A stretch of DNA of 64,000 nt from a virus (taxonomy: Duplodnaviria; Caudoviricetes): positions 32,001-96,000 of IMG/VR virus record IMGVR_UViG_3300029288_000106, one strand, 5' to 3'. The notes under the pieces were generated by a model. The model saw nothing but the letters and a program-made list of their open reading frames with translations, did not search any database and was not told where the DNA came from. The translations under genes and the position numbers were made by a program. Each line of letters starts with the position of its first letter. The first letter of the stretch is position 1. Shown here one piece after another: positions 9,636-19,408 of this stretch.

Positions 9636-9689
9636 TTTTTACTATGTATAATAATTAGTGATAATCATTGTTAATTAGGATTTTTTGAA

Positions 9690-10010
9690 ATGAATATTCA
9701 AGAGATAATAAATAGCTTTAACTGGCTAGTTGAAGATTGTAAACATAGATTTGATGAAACTGAAATAACTCCTGAAAACTATAGCAAAGAATTAAAAGCT
9801 GCTATAGAAATTAAAAATAATCTCTTACTTAATCAAGACAAATTCGTATTAGTAGATCAAGAGTTTATACAAGCAGTTGCTACAATTGTTGAAAACAAAG
9901 AAATGCTTGATGAATTAACAAAAATTAAAAATTTTATGGAAAGCAACAAATTTGTTGATATGCTCAATAGTGGAAGCAAATCGTTAAATAAGCCTACTTC
10001 TCATGAATAA
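9690..10010 (+). CDS. Hypothetical protein
   Basis: 106-aa ORF, AGGA SD. Confidence 0.7.
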   Translation: MNIQEIINSFNWLVEDCKHRFDETEITPENYSKELKAAIEIKNNLLLNQDKFVLVDQEFIQAVATIVENKEMLDELTKIKNFMESNKFVDMLNSGSKSLNKPTSHE

Positions 10011-11370
10011 TGATACTGTAAGTCAGCATCTACAAGATTGTTTTGTACTACTAGCAATTACTGATAATCATTTTCTTTCAATAGCTAGAAAAAGTGTTAA
10101 ACCCAGCTACTTCTCTACCATTGTTACAGAAGACATAATTCAAATATGCTATAGATATCATGATCAATTCAAGACAGCACCAAACGATCATTTTCACGAT
10201 GAATTAGTTCGATTTTTAGAAGGCAAAGCTCATAATGAACGAAAAAGATATGTAGACTATCTTGATGAGATTGTTAAACTTAATCTTCCAAGCAAAGAAT
10301 ATATTATATCTAGATTCAATACATTTATTAAAAGTCGAGAATTTACAGAGGCAGCTTTAAATTTTGTTGATCTAGTTGAAAAAGGAGAATTTGAACAAGG
10401 CCGAATGTTAATAACAAAAGCACTTAGAGCTGGTATGGGTAATACAGAAAAAATCCTTCGATACTTATCTTCTTCAACCCCTACTTATTACAATCCAGAT
10501 CATTATGAAGAACTTTTCACTGCTGGTTTTGGAGATATTGATAGATTTATAAAATTTCGACGAAAACAACTTATTTGTATTCTGGGTGGAGGAAAAGGAA
10601 AAAAGAGTTGGATATGTCATCATATATCTGTAAGAGGATTGTTGGCTGGGTTAAAAGTTTTATACATATCTCATGAATTATCTCAAGAAGAAGTAGAAAT
10701 GAGACATGATATGATGATAGGAGGATTAACATCTTCTCCAGCTTCAGAAGAAGTAGAATTTAATGTTTATGATAGATCTGGAGAAATTGTTAGAACAGAA
10801 ATCAAAACAGTTGATTCAGTGTTTAATAGAAAAAAAATTGAAGATGCTCGGGGCATAGCTAGAAAATTTGGTGGTGAATTGATAATCAAAAAATATCCAA
10901 TGGGTACGTGCACAATAGGAGAAATAGATAGACTTCTTGATCATCTGGAAGTGTTTGAAAAATTCATACCTGATATAATTATTAATGATTATCCAGATAT
11001 TATGAATATGCCTCATCCGTCAAGCACAACAAGAGATAGATTAAATGAAACATATATTGAACACAAGAGAATAGCTGATGAAAGAAATGTTATAGTATTT
11101 GTACCATCTCAGACAAATAGAATAGCTCTTGATCGGCCGAGATTAACAAAACAAGACATTGCTGAAGATATTCGAAAATTAGCAAATGTAGATATGATTC
11201 TTGCAGTTGCCCAAAGCAGTGATTTAAAAGCAGAAGGTAAGATGCGAGCAATGATAATAGCAGCTAGAAGTTCAGATGATGGAAAAAGCTGTTTATTTAG
11301 TCAAAACCTGAAAGCAGGATTAGTGGTAGGCGAAAATTGGCTTGAAGGATATGAAAAGACACAGCATTGA
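10003..11370 (+). CDS. DnaB/gp41-like replicative helicase
   Basis: Walker A-like GGGKGKKS, ISHEL, Walker B INDYPD, PSQTNR, AEDIRK. Confidence 0.85.
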   Translation: MNNDTVSQHLQDCFVLLAITDNHFLSIARKSVKPSYFSTIVTEDIIQICYRYHDQFKTAPNDHFHDELVRFLEGKAHNERKRYVDYLDEIVKLNLPSKEYIISRFNTFIKSREFTEAALNFVDLVEKGEFEQGRMLITKALRAGMGNTEKILRYLSSSTPTYYNPDHYEELFTAGFGDIDRFIKFRRKQLICILGGGKGKKSWICHHISVRGLLAGLKVLYISHELSQEEVEMRHDMMIGGLTSSPASEEVEFNVYDRSGEIVRTEIKTVDSVFNRKKIEDARGIARKFGGELIIKKYPMGTCTIGEIDRLLDHLEVFEKFIPDIIINDYPDIMNMPHPSSTTRDRLNETYIEHKRIADERNVIVFVPSQTNRIALDRPRLTKQDIAEDIRKLANVDMILAVAQSSDLKAEGKMRAMIIAARSSDDGKSCLFSQNLKAGLVVGENWLEGYEKTQH

Positions 11371-12784
11371 TTACAAATCATTAACACTAGATGACTTGAG
11401 AGAAATATTTCAGGGGGTTAACTTTCATGTCGAACCTTATTGGCATCAGTTTGTTACACTAGCTCATACAATAGGACAAAACCTGAATAGAATAGGATGC
11501 TTTCATCCAATAGGTTCAGGTAAGACATTAACAGGATTATGGATTAGTCAGTTATGGAAAGCTCAACGGATATTAGTTGTTTGTCCTAGATCTGCATATA
11601 GAGCTTGGCACAGAGATGTTAAACATACAAATTATAGTATCACTGAAATAGAAGGTGAAGCAGATGAAAGAAGAGCTAAAGTTAAAGAAGATAAAAATAT
11701 ATTTCTCATCAGATACGAAGGATTAAGAGTATTATATGGAATTAAAAACCCAGAAGGTGGATATAGAATAGGCCGAAACGCATTTAGAGATCTTCCAGGA
11801 TTTGATACCATAATATTTGACGAAGGACATAGATTCAGAAATTACAAAGCTTTACAATCTAAAATAGCACTTAGATTATCTGCTCAAAGCAAAAATGTTA
11901 TTGTAACTACAGGAACTCCGATCGATAGACTACTTCAAGAAATCTGGAATGTAATGCGAGTTGTTGATCTTGGAGATTGTTTAGGAAGTAATCCGCTATT
12001 TTTTAGAGATAGATATTTTTTTCAAGCTGGTTATGAGTGGATACCAAGAAAACGAGCCGAAGAACAAATACTAGATAAAATTTCTCCTGTCGTCACCACA
12101 TTTAAAAGGGAAGAATGTTTTGATGTACCACAAGAAACATCTTTAGTTCGGCCTATACCACCATCTAAAAAACAAATAGAATTATTGAATGTAATAACAG
12201 ATAGTCTAAAAAATGAAGTAGATAAACCAGGAGATATACTGGTAAAAACAATAAAATTAAGACAAGTTGCTGGAGGATTTCTTCCAGAATTTGGAATAAT
12301 TAAAGACAATCCAAAGCTTGTAGTCCTCGAAGAACTTGTAGGAGAAATAAAAGGAAAGATTGTCGTTTTTCATCAATTTACAGAAGAAGGACATATTCTT
12401 GAAGATTGGGCAAGAAGTAAAAATTTAGGTTTTGCTTCTGTTAGAGGAGAGATTAAAGATAAAACTAGAGATACTGAAATTGAAAAGTTTGTAAGTGATA
12501 AAAAAGTTGTATTTCTTTTTGCCAACACAGCTTGTGCAGGAGAATCACTTGATCTAACAGTTTCTAACACAATTGTATTTTATTCTAACGGATATTCGTT
12601 ACTTCAGCGCAAACAGGCTGAAGGAAGAATATGCAGAAGAGGCCAAACAAAACCGTGTACATATATTGATCTTGTGATTGAAGGAAGTATTGATGAAATA
12701 ATAATATCTAGAATTGAAGATAAAAAAGAATTAACTAATCGTATTTTAGAATATATTAGAACGTATGGCCAGAGAAATAACTAA
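11351..12784 (+). CDS. SNF2-family (SF2) helicase
   Basis: GSGKT, DEGH, TGTP, GESLDL, QAEGRICRRGQ; ATG 11351 after GAAGGA. Confidence 0.9.
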   Translation: MKRHSIDYKSLTLDDLREIFQGVNFHVEPYWHQFVTLAHTIGQNLNRIGCFHPIGSGKTLTGLWISQLWKAQRILVVCPRSAYRAWHRDVKHTNYSITEIEGEADERRAKVKEDKNIFLIRYEGLRVLYGIKNPEGGYRIGRNAFRDLPGFDTIIFDEGHRFRNYKALQSKIALRLSAQSKNVIVTTGTPIDRLLQEIWNVMRVVDLGDCLGSNPLFFRDRYFFQAGYEWIPRKRAEEQILDKISPVVTTFKREECFDVPQETSLVRPIPPSKKQIELLNVITDSLKNEVDKPGDILVKTIKLRQVAGGFLPEFGIIKDNPKLVVLEELVGEIKGKIVVFHQFTEEGHILEDWARSKNLGFASVRGEIKDKTRDTEIEKFVSDKKVVFLFANTACAGESLDLTVSNTIVFYSNGYSLLQRKQAEGRICRRGQTKPCTYIDLVIEGSIDEIIISRIEDKKELTNRILEYIRTYGQRNN

Positions 12785-13697
12785 CAAAAAAATTATTCAA
12801 ATACTTGAAAGTCTTGATATTGAATACTGGACAGCTGGGAATAATGTATCGCTTGATTCTGTAAATATTCAGTGTATATTCTGTGATGATCATTCTAACC
12901 ACCTTGGTATATTCTTTCCTTCTGGTATATTTCACTGTTGGAGATGTAACAAGAAAGGGTATTTTGAGATTATAATTCAAAAAATTAAACAATGCACATA
13001 TGAAGAAGCAGAAAAATTAATAACAGAAGGACAATCGTTTAAAAAATCAGCAATAGAACAAATAAAAGAGAAAATGCAACCAAAATTAAATACCACAGAA
13101 AATAAAAAGTTTGAAATAAAAGGAATAGCACTTCCCAAAGAAGCAAAACCAGTTGGATTTTTTAAAGGCGAAGCACTGCTCGAAAACTTTCTTCGAAGAA
13201 GAAAACTTACATTAGAAACATGCACAAAATATAATTGTTATGTATGTGAAGGAGGAGAATATTGTAGTCGAATGATAATACCAGTTTTCTTTCAAGGCAT
13301 AATGGTTAGCTTCCAAGCAGCTGATATGACCAAAACATCAGCAACTAAATACAAATCACTTGGAAATGTTGATTTGAATAGCTTTCTCTATAACTATGAT
13401 AATATTACAGACAGAATTATAATTACTGAAGGTGTATTTGACTGCTGGCGAGTTGGAAAAGATGCAGTTGCAACGTTTGGAACACATATAACTGAGAGAC
13501 AGCTTGATCTTATTGAACAGAAAAAACCAAAAGAGATTATACTTGCTTGGGACAACGACGCTTATGTGAAAGCATTAAAACAGGCAAGAAAACTACCTCG
13601 ATGCAGTAAAATACGAGTATTGAGATTGCCTCGAGGAGAAGACCCAGATAGTTTAGGAAGTGAAGCAATGTGGAGACTTATTGATGCAGCTAACTAA
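12765..13697 (+). CDS. DNA primase (zinc finger + TOPRIM)
   Basis: CIFCDD..HCWRC; ITEGVFD; WDND; EDPD. Confidence 0.9.
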   Translation: MAREITNKKIIQILESLDIEYWTAGNNVSLDSVNIQCIFCDDHSNHLGIFFPSGIFHCWRCNKKGYFEIIIQKIKQCTYEEAEKLITEGQSFKKSAIEQIKEKMQPKLNTTENKKFEIKGIALPKEAKPVGFFKGEALLENFLRRRKLTLETCTKYNCYVCEGGEYCSRMIIPVFFQGIMVSFQAADMTKTSATKYKSLGNVDLNSFLYNYDNITDRIIITEGVFDCWRVGKDAVATFGTHITERQLDLIEQKKPKEIILAWDNDAYVKALKQARKLPRCSKIRVLRLPRGEDPDSLGSEAMWRLIDAAN

Positions 13698-14193
13698 TGC
13701 AACTAAAATAAGAATTGGTATAGTTTTTGAAGGAAGAACAAAAGAAACAGCAGAAGGATTAGCTGCCACACAAGAACTTCTTGACTATCTTAAGCTAAAA
13801 TATGATATATTAGGCCTCAAAAAAGAAGTAAAAGATACTTTAAACGGAATTCAAATCATAACTAAATCTTGGCTTGAAAAAGGAGAATATCAAAACACTA
13901 TTCAAAAAATACTTAAAGCACTTCAACCATATATTAACTTCGTATACACAGATATTTTGCAAGAAAAATACACAACCAAAACAAATAAAATTGCTAGAGA
14001 TTTTATTGTTTATATACTTATATTCAAATTTGGATATTCAAGAACTGAAGTTGGAAGTATTTTTAATAAATCAGAAGTTTTAATTCGTCGTATATTACGT
14101 AGATTTGATACAACCGACACAGGATTATGCAAAGATGTAGAATTAAAAGATATATATAATTTTGTGAATACTAGATATAAAAATGAATGCTGA
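13684..14193 (+). CDS. Putative DNA-binding protein with DnaA domain IV-like HTH
   Basis: IARDFIVYIL..YSRTEVGSIFNKSEVLI. Confidence 0.5.
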   Translation: MQLTNATKIRIGIVFEGRTKETAEGLAATQELLDYLKLKYDILGLKKEVKDTLNGIQIITKSWLEKGEYQNTIQKILKALQPYINFVYTDILQEKYTTKTNKIARDFIVYILIFKFGYSRTEVGSIFNKSEVLIRRILRRFDTTDTGLCKDVELKDIYNFVNTRYKNEC

Positions 14194-14977
14194 AATAATT
14201 CAAAGTCTATTAACTGCCAGATCTGATAATGATATATACATCGCTGAATGTTGTGTCAATGAATGTCGATTAGACGGCTGGGCTATACGAAAGTCTTATT
14301 CTAATCCACTCACAATAGGTTATGAAATCAAAATAAGTAAATCAGATTTTTTGACAGATAAAAAATGGACTGGCTATTTGTCATATTGTAATGAATTGTA
14401 CTTTGTTTGTCCGTCTCATCTTATACAGCCAAATGAAGTGGGAGAACAAGTAGGATTGATGTGGGTAGCATCAACTGGAACAAGAATTTATACAAAGAAA
14501 AAAGCTACCTACAGAATTGTAGAAGATAAGTATATTAATCAAATTTTGAGATCAGTACTTTTTAATAGATGTGTAGTTAGAGAAAATTATTGGGGTAATG
14601 CACAGCCAGACAAATCAACGTTTTGGAAAAGATGGTTGCAGAAAAAAGACGAAGATAAAGAATTAGGCTGGAATGTTAGTGAAAAAGTAAGACAATTAGT
14701 TGAAGAGCGTGTTGATAAAGTGAAAAGGGAAAATAGTAGCTTAAGAAGAAAAATTGAAGAATTTAAACGCCTTGAAGAATTACTAATAAAACTTAATTTT
14801 AATCCTGAATATTTTGATTTGAATGAAGTTCAAAATCGTATTAAAGGAGCAATACCCAAAGATTTACTTTGGACAATTGATCAAGTTATAGATAGACTTG
14901 ATCGAACAAAGAAAAAACTATTACTTTTAGAAAGGACAAAAGCAGATGGACAAAACACAGATGACCCAAGGAATTGA
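14183..14977 (+). CDS. MmcB-like PD-(D/E)XK protein with coiled-coil C-terminus
   Basis: LDGWA..GYEIKISKSDF..KW..YL.YCNELYFVCP. Confidence 0.75.
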   Translation: MNAEIIQSLLTARSDNDIYIAECCVNECRLDGWAIRKSYSNPLTIGYEIKISKSDFLTDKKWTGYLSYCNELYFVCPSHLIQPNEVGEQVGLMWVASTGTRIYTKKKATYRIVEDKYINQILRSVLFNRCVVRENYWGNAQPDKSTFWKRWLQKKDEDKELGWNVSEKVRQLVEERVDKVKRENSSLRRKIEEFKRLEELLIKLNFNPEYFDLNEVQNRIKGAIPKDLLWTIDQVIDRLDRTKKKLLLLERTKADGQNTDDPRN

Positions 14978-15497
14978 GATGTTTCTTAAAGGCGCAGGAA
15001 TTGATTTAACAAATGAACATTTCCAGAAAACTCCAGCTAGAGTTACTAAAGCTTTTGCTGAGACATTTTTATCTGGATACGAAATGAATATTCAATCAAT
15101 CCTCGAAACAACATTTACTGAAAATAAATATGATCAGATGGTAGTAATAAGTAATATACCATTCTGTAGTATGTGTGCACACCATTTGCTTCCTTTCTAT
15201 GGTCATGCGAAGATCGGATATTTACCAGATGGTAAAGTCTGTGGCTTATCAAAATTAGCTAGAGCATTAGAAGTACACTCGCGAAGATTACAAATTCAAG
15301 AAAAGCTTACCCAAGATCTTGCTGAAGATCTAATGAAGTATCTCAAACCTAAAGGCGTTGGAATTATTTTAGAAGCTGTTCATTTGTGCATGACAGAGCG
15401 AGGAGTGATGAAATCAGGAAGTTTAACAAAAACATCTTGTTTACTTGGTGCATTTAGAGACGATGCATCAACACGACAAGAATTCTTGTCTTTCTAA
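14946..15497 (+). CDS. folE: GTP cyclohydrolase I
   Basis: TPARV, SMCAHHLLPF, GLSKLAR, RLQIQE, HLCMTERGV. Confidence 0.96.
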   Translation: MDKTQMTQGIEMFLKGAGIDLTNEHFQKTPARVTKAFAETFLSGYEMNIQSILETTFTENKYDQMVVISNIPFCSMCAHHLLPFYGHAKIGYLPDGKVCGLSKLARALEVHSRRLQIQEKLTQDLAEDLMKYLKPKGVGIILEAVHLCMTERGVMKSGSLTKTSCLLGAFRDDASTRQEFLSF

Positions 15498-15532
15498 AAA
15501 ATATTCATAAAATAAATAAAATTCTATACTTA

Positions 15533-15567
15533 TTTTCTTGATTTTTATAAAATATATACTATAATAT
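15533..15567 (+). promoter_or_regulatory. Sigma70-like early promoter, copy 1
   Basis: TTGATT(15538)-16 nt-TATAAT(15560); near-identical copies at 17443 and 20891. Confidence 0.75.
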
Positions 15568-15571
15568 AAGT

Positions 15572-16264
15572 ATGAATAAAAATAATAATTTTAGGGACAA
15601 TAAAATGACAGAAGAAAATATACAACCAACTCAAAGATTTAAACTAGGAGATAAAGTTGTTGTTGCTGCAAGTGGAACAGGTTGGAGAAAATGGACAAAA
15701 GGCGAGGTTACAGGTCTAACTCAATCTAATGATTCTCCTCCAGTACAAATAGAATGTATAATTAAAGATATCAAAGGTAGGTATAAAAGGTTTTATCCTC
15801 ATCAACTTGAACACGATCGTACTCCAGGCTTGAATGAAAAACAAGCACCAAAAAACGATCTCAAATCTTACTTTGATATTATTGAAAAACAAGGCAAAGA
15901 AAAGCAAGAAGAATACAACGTGCTTCGACAGCAGTATCAAGAATTAGAAAAAACGGCACCTGCTTTCATACTATCATCTGATGTTGATGATACTTGTAAA
16001 CTGAAAGGTTTCAGAGTTAAGGGTGGTGTACATGTTATTCCACTAGTTAAGGCTAGTAATAGACTAAACATGACCCAAATAACATCATATTCTGATGAAT
16101 TTATTGAAAAGTTACACAGCTTAATTCATACAGAAGATGAACGACTTCGCAATGCATGGGAAGTATTAACAGAAGCAATACATAATAAAGAATTACCAAC
16201 AAGAGATGCAACGATGACCAGAGCTTTACAAGATATAGGAGTTTATCTTGGAATTGTAAAATGA
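15572..16264 (+). CDS. Hypothetical protein
   Basis: 230-aa ORF; start may be the second ATG. Confidence 0.75.
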   Translation: MNKNNNFRDNKMTEENIQPTQRFKLGDKVVVAASGTGWRKWTKGEVTGLTQSNDSPPVQIECIIKDIKGRYKRFYPHQLEHDRTPGLNEKQAPKNDLKSYFDIIEKQGKEKQEEYNVLRQQYQELEKTAPAFILSSDVDDTCKLKGFRVKGGVHVIPLVKASNRLNMTQITSYSDEFIEKLHSLIHTEDERLRNAWEVLTEAIHNKELPTRDATMTRALQDIGVYLGIVK

Positions 16265-16443
16265 TTATTGAAGACTTTATGAAAAAAAGTGAAAATATTA
16301 GACTCTCTAGTATCAATCGATGGATGGTTTTTGATAGTAACTGCTGGATTGTATATGAGCACAAGCACAATGCAAAGCAAACCCAAATCCTTATTAAAAC
16401 TCCTAATCTTGATGAAGCATTAACTATTTTAATAGTAGAATAA
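16261..16443 (+). CDS. Hypothetical protein
   Basis: 60-aa ORF overlapping upstream stop. Confidence 0.55.
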   Translation: MIIEDFMKKSENIRLSSINRWMVFDSNCWIVYEHKHNAKQTQILIKTPNLDEALTILIVE

Positions 16444-16498
16444 AATAGGCTAATTTACTTGATAGATTATTTTCTTAATTAAATAAGGAGAACTAAAC

Positions 16499-16702
16499 AT
16501 GATAACCACGATTATAGCAATAACTTATAGTATAGGTTATATAATAACAGCAATCATATATAGACGAACACTAGAAGAAGATCAAGCACAAAGAATAGAA
16601 GAAATGCTTATGGTATTTGTTGTAAGTCTTATGTGGCCAATAACACTTCTTGTTTTTATAACAAACCAAATTTCAAAATTAGGTATGAAAACAAAACAAT
16701 AA
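16499..16702 (+). CDS. Small membrane protein
   Basis: AAGGAG SD; two hydrophobic segments. Confidence 0.7.
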   Translation: MITTIIAITYSIGYIITAIIYRRTLEEDQAQRIEEMLMVFVVSLMWPITLLVFITNQISKLGMKTKQ

Positions 16703-16722
16703 ACTTTTTGAAAGGAAAAGAA

Positions 16723-17214
16723 ATGTACAGAACAACTCTAAAACTTCTTAGTGTCGTTGCTTTAGCTCTTGTAATTGCAGTATTAGCTCAACACATCAAC
16801 AGCAATCAAATATTAATGCAAACTGAAATACAAAATCCTCAAATCAATACTGTCTATCCTGAATGGATAGTTGTCAAAAATGCTGTTGTTACAGCATACT
16901 GTCCATGCAGTAAATGCTGTGAAAAATATGCAGATGGTATAACAGCTAGTGGTCATAAAATTAAATATAATGACAAGCTTGTAGCTGCTAATTCTAGCTA
17001 TGAATTTGGAACTCAAATTTACATACCAGGATATAGTTCAAAAGCTGTGGAAGTTCAAGACAGAGGTGGAGCTTTTGAAGAGCATACTGATCGATTTGAT
17101 GTATTATTTTATGAAAAATCTCGAGATTCTAAATTAACAGATTTAGAATGGTCGCATCAGAAAGCTTTGCAATGGGGTCGAGTAACTTGTGATGTTTTTG
17201 TGAAAAATAAATAA
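16723..17214 (+). CDS. 3D-domain (MltA-like) cell-wall protein with N-terminal signal/TM segment
   Basis: VTAYCPCSKCC, GITASG, VQDRGG, RFDVLF; AAGGA SD before ATG 16723. Confidence 0.85.
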   Translation: MYRTTLKLLSVVALALVIAVLAQHINSNQILMQTEIQNPQINTVYPEWIVVKNAVVTAYCPCSKCCEKYADGITASGHKIKYNDKLVAANSSYEFGTQIYIPGYSSKAVEVQDRGGAFEEHTDRFDVLFYEKSRDSKLTDLEWSHQKALQWGRVTCDVFVKNK

Positions 17215-17215
17215 A

Positions 17216-17428
17216 ATGCTAAATTATATAACCAGAAAATTACTTAATCGATGCACTATACAACAAAAAAATAAGCAAAATACTAATAACTGTATTAAAA
17301 TATTAGAACAAATAAAACCAACCCACTTTATTATATATTATTTTATTAAGAAAACGCGAATTGGAAAATGGCTTGAAAAAAGATGGACAAAAAATATACA
17401 TAAACAAATAGCTTGCAATATAAGATAA
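17216..17428 (+). CDS. Hypothetical protein
   Basis: 70-aa co-oriented ORF. Confidence 0.5.
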   Translation: MLNYITRKLLNRCTIQQKNKQNTNNCIKILEQIKPTHFIIYYFIKKTRIGKWLEKRWTKNIHKQIACNIR

Positions 17429-17442
17429 AATATTTTTAAGAA

Positions 17443-17477
17443 TTTTCTTGATTTTTATAAAATATATATTATAATAT
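17443..17477 (+). promoter_or_regulatory. Sigma70-like early promoter, copy 2
   Basis: TTGATT(17448)-16 nt-TATAAT(17470). Confidence 0.75.
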
Positions 17478-17522
17478 AGTTATAATCAAAAGTTAATAAC
17501 AACTATATAAAGGGAAATAAAA

Positions 17523-17963
17523 ATGGAAGCTGTGAAAACGTATCTAGAAAAAAGAATTTCACTTATAGAAAGTCAAATGTGTGAAGTGAAAGAAAAGATC
17601 AATACAAATTCGTATCATTATATTTTATTCTGGAATGTAATTGAAGACGCTGCAGCACTTGAATATGAATTAGCTTTTCTCAATAGTTGGCTTGATTATA
17701 TTAAGAATAAAAAAATCATGCTTAACCTATTAACTACAGGTATTACACAGAGAATAGATGATATTGAACGTAATCTGCTTGGAAATTGTTTCGGAACTAC
17801 CTTGGGTCCAGGAGAAGGGCCTTGGAAATCAAATTCAACAAGTCCAGGATCAAATAGATGGAATATAATTCAATGTGATTGCCAAAGACAAGAAAGATTC
17901 ATACTGAAAAAAATGCTTGTAATTATTGAAGAAAACCAGGAGCCAAAATGTCAAACTGTATAA
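17523..17963 (+). CDS. Hypothetical protein
   Basis: 146-aa ORF, AAGGGA SD. Confidence 0.7.
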   Translation: MEAVKTYLEKRISLIESQMCEVKEKINTNSYHYILFWNVIEDAAALEYELAFLNSWLDYIKNKKIMLNLLTTGITQRIDDIERNLLGNCFGTTLGPGEGPWKSNSTSPGSNRWNIIQCDCQRQERFILKKMLVIIEENQEPKCQTV

Positions 17964-18337
17964 TATTTGATAATCCAATAATACAAATACCAGTAATAGC
18001 AGTTAATCTACATAAAGTTAAAGAAATACTGGCACTCGGAGATGTTACATATAAAACATCTCCTAAACAGAATGAAATTGGCACAATTGCTTATCTTGCA
18101 TGGTGGTTTTTTAATTCCTCAAATGTTGATCTTGCTGTTGATAGTGTAGAAATTACGCTTGGAATAGCCAGATCAAGCCACACTTGGCGAGATTTCAAAG
18201 GTTTGTTAGAATGTATTATTAAACCATTTATGATCAGATCATATGTTGTTACACTTGAAATTCGAGATGAATGCGATGATTTTGAACAAGTATCAAAATT
18301 AACTATTGACTTACAAAGCCCAGAGAAAAGCTTATGA
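17948..18337 (+). CDS. Hypothetical protein
   Basis: 129-aa ORF, AGGAG SD. Confidence 0.7.
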   Translation: MSNCIIFDNPIIQIPVIAVNLHKVKEILALGDVTYKTSPKQNEIGTIAYLAWWFFNSSNVDLAVDSVEITLGIARSSHTWRDFKGLLECIIKPFMIRSYVVTLEIRDECDDFEQVSKLTIDLQSPEKSL

Positions 18338-18426
18338 AAAAAATAAAATTCAAATCGTTTTCATTGAAACCAACAAAAACCAGAAAGACAACAGTATTAA
18401 AAGTTGAATACGAAGAAATAGAATGA
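18334..18426 (+). CDS. Small hypothetical protein (30 aa)
   Basis: ATGA overlaps with both neighbours. Confidence 0.45.
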   Translation: MKKIKFKSFSLKPTKTRKTTVLKVEYEEIE

Positions 18427-18845
18427 TACAAGAATATTCAAAAATTGGATTTTCTGGAACACAAGATGGAATGACATTAGAACAACGAAGCAAGTTTGTG
18501 TATTTGCTTAGTGAACTTTTTCCAGACGAATTACATTATGGTGATTGTATTGGGGCTGATAATGAAGCTGATGATGCTGCAATGACCAGAAAAATGAAAA
18601 TTGTTGTTCATCCTCCAATCAATCCAAAGAAACAAGCTTTTTGTAATTTAAAGCTTTATTCAAATAGAATCGTCTTATCACCAAGAGATTATATTGATCG
18701 AAATCATGATATAGTTGATCAAACAGAATGCTTAGTAGCTACTCCTAAAAACAATATACAGCTTAGATCAGGAACTTGGTCTACAATTAATTATGCTAGA
18801 AAACAAAATAAAGATGTATTTGTTGTATGGCCCAATGAAAAATAA
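18423..18845 (+). CDS. SLOG-superfamily protein
   Basis: IGFSGT, GDCIGAD, RNHDIVD, SGTWSTINYA. Confidence 0.75.
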   Translation: MIQEYSKIGFSGTQDGMTLEQRSKFVYLLSELFPDELHYGDCIGADNEADDAAMTRKMKIVVHPPINPKKQAFCNLKLYSNRIVLSPRDYIDRNHDIVDQTECLVATPKNNIQLRSGTWSTINYARKQNKDVFVVWPNEK

Positions 18846-18882
18846 CCTTGAATAGTGAAAGCTGGCACAAGGAGTACAGATA

Positions 18883-19128
18883 ATGGGAAATGGCTTATAT
18901 GGACAAAATCAAGGTAATGAAAAAAGATCTTCATCTGAAGTTATAGTAGATAGGTTTGAAGAAAATCAACAAATTGAAGGAGAACATGTTGAAAAATTAA
19001 AACAGCTAATCAGTACACACAAATGGTCAGAAGTTGAAAAATATATACAGGAATTAAAAGACTTGCATTTTTCACAAGATAGAATCCAAAGTATCACAAC
19101 ACAAGCACAGGCATTAGCAAAGATATAG
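18883..19128 (+). CDS. Hypothetical protein
   Basis: 81-aa ORF, AAGGAG SD. Confidence 0.65.
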   Translation: MGNGLYGQNQGNEKRSSSEVIVDRFEENQQIEGEHVEKLKQLISTHKWSEVEKYIQELKDLHFSQDRIQSITTQAQALAKI

Positions 19129-19152
19129 AAAGGCAAATTATGAAAAAATAAC

Positions 19153-19235
19153 CGAGTGTGATAGTCACATCAAAGTTCAATCACTTTCCTTCGCCAAGCA
19201 ATAGTATTGAACACTCTTACAAGCTATCACACTCG
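19153..19235. other. Intergenic 83-nt interrupted hairpin
   Basis: CGAGTGTGATAG/CTATCACACTCG outer stem; GTTCAAT/ATTGAAC inner stem. Confidence 0.7.
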
Positions 19236-19258
19236 ACCTTTTAAAAATAGAGACTTTT

Positions 19259-19408
19259 ATGAAAAATTGGAATGATTATGAAGTAGCAAAAAGATGGGGC
19301 AGATGGTCCATTCAGCACAAGAAAAATAAGCAAGTGTATTGTACGTTCGATACAGAAGAACAAGCTAACAAAGCTTTAGCTCATTATAAGGAAACGCAAT
19401 ATACATGA
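19259..19408 (+). CDS. Small hypothetical protein (49 aa)
   Basis: MKNWNDYEV...; ATGA overlap with next gene. Confidence 0.55.
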   Translation: MKNWNDYEVAKRWGRWSIQHKKNKQVYCTFDTEEQANKALAHYKETQYT

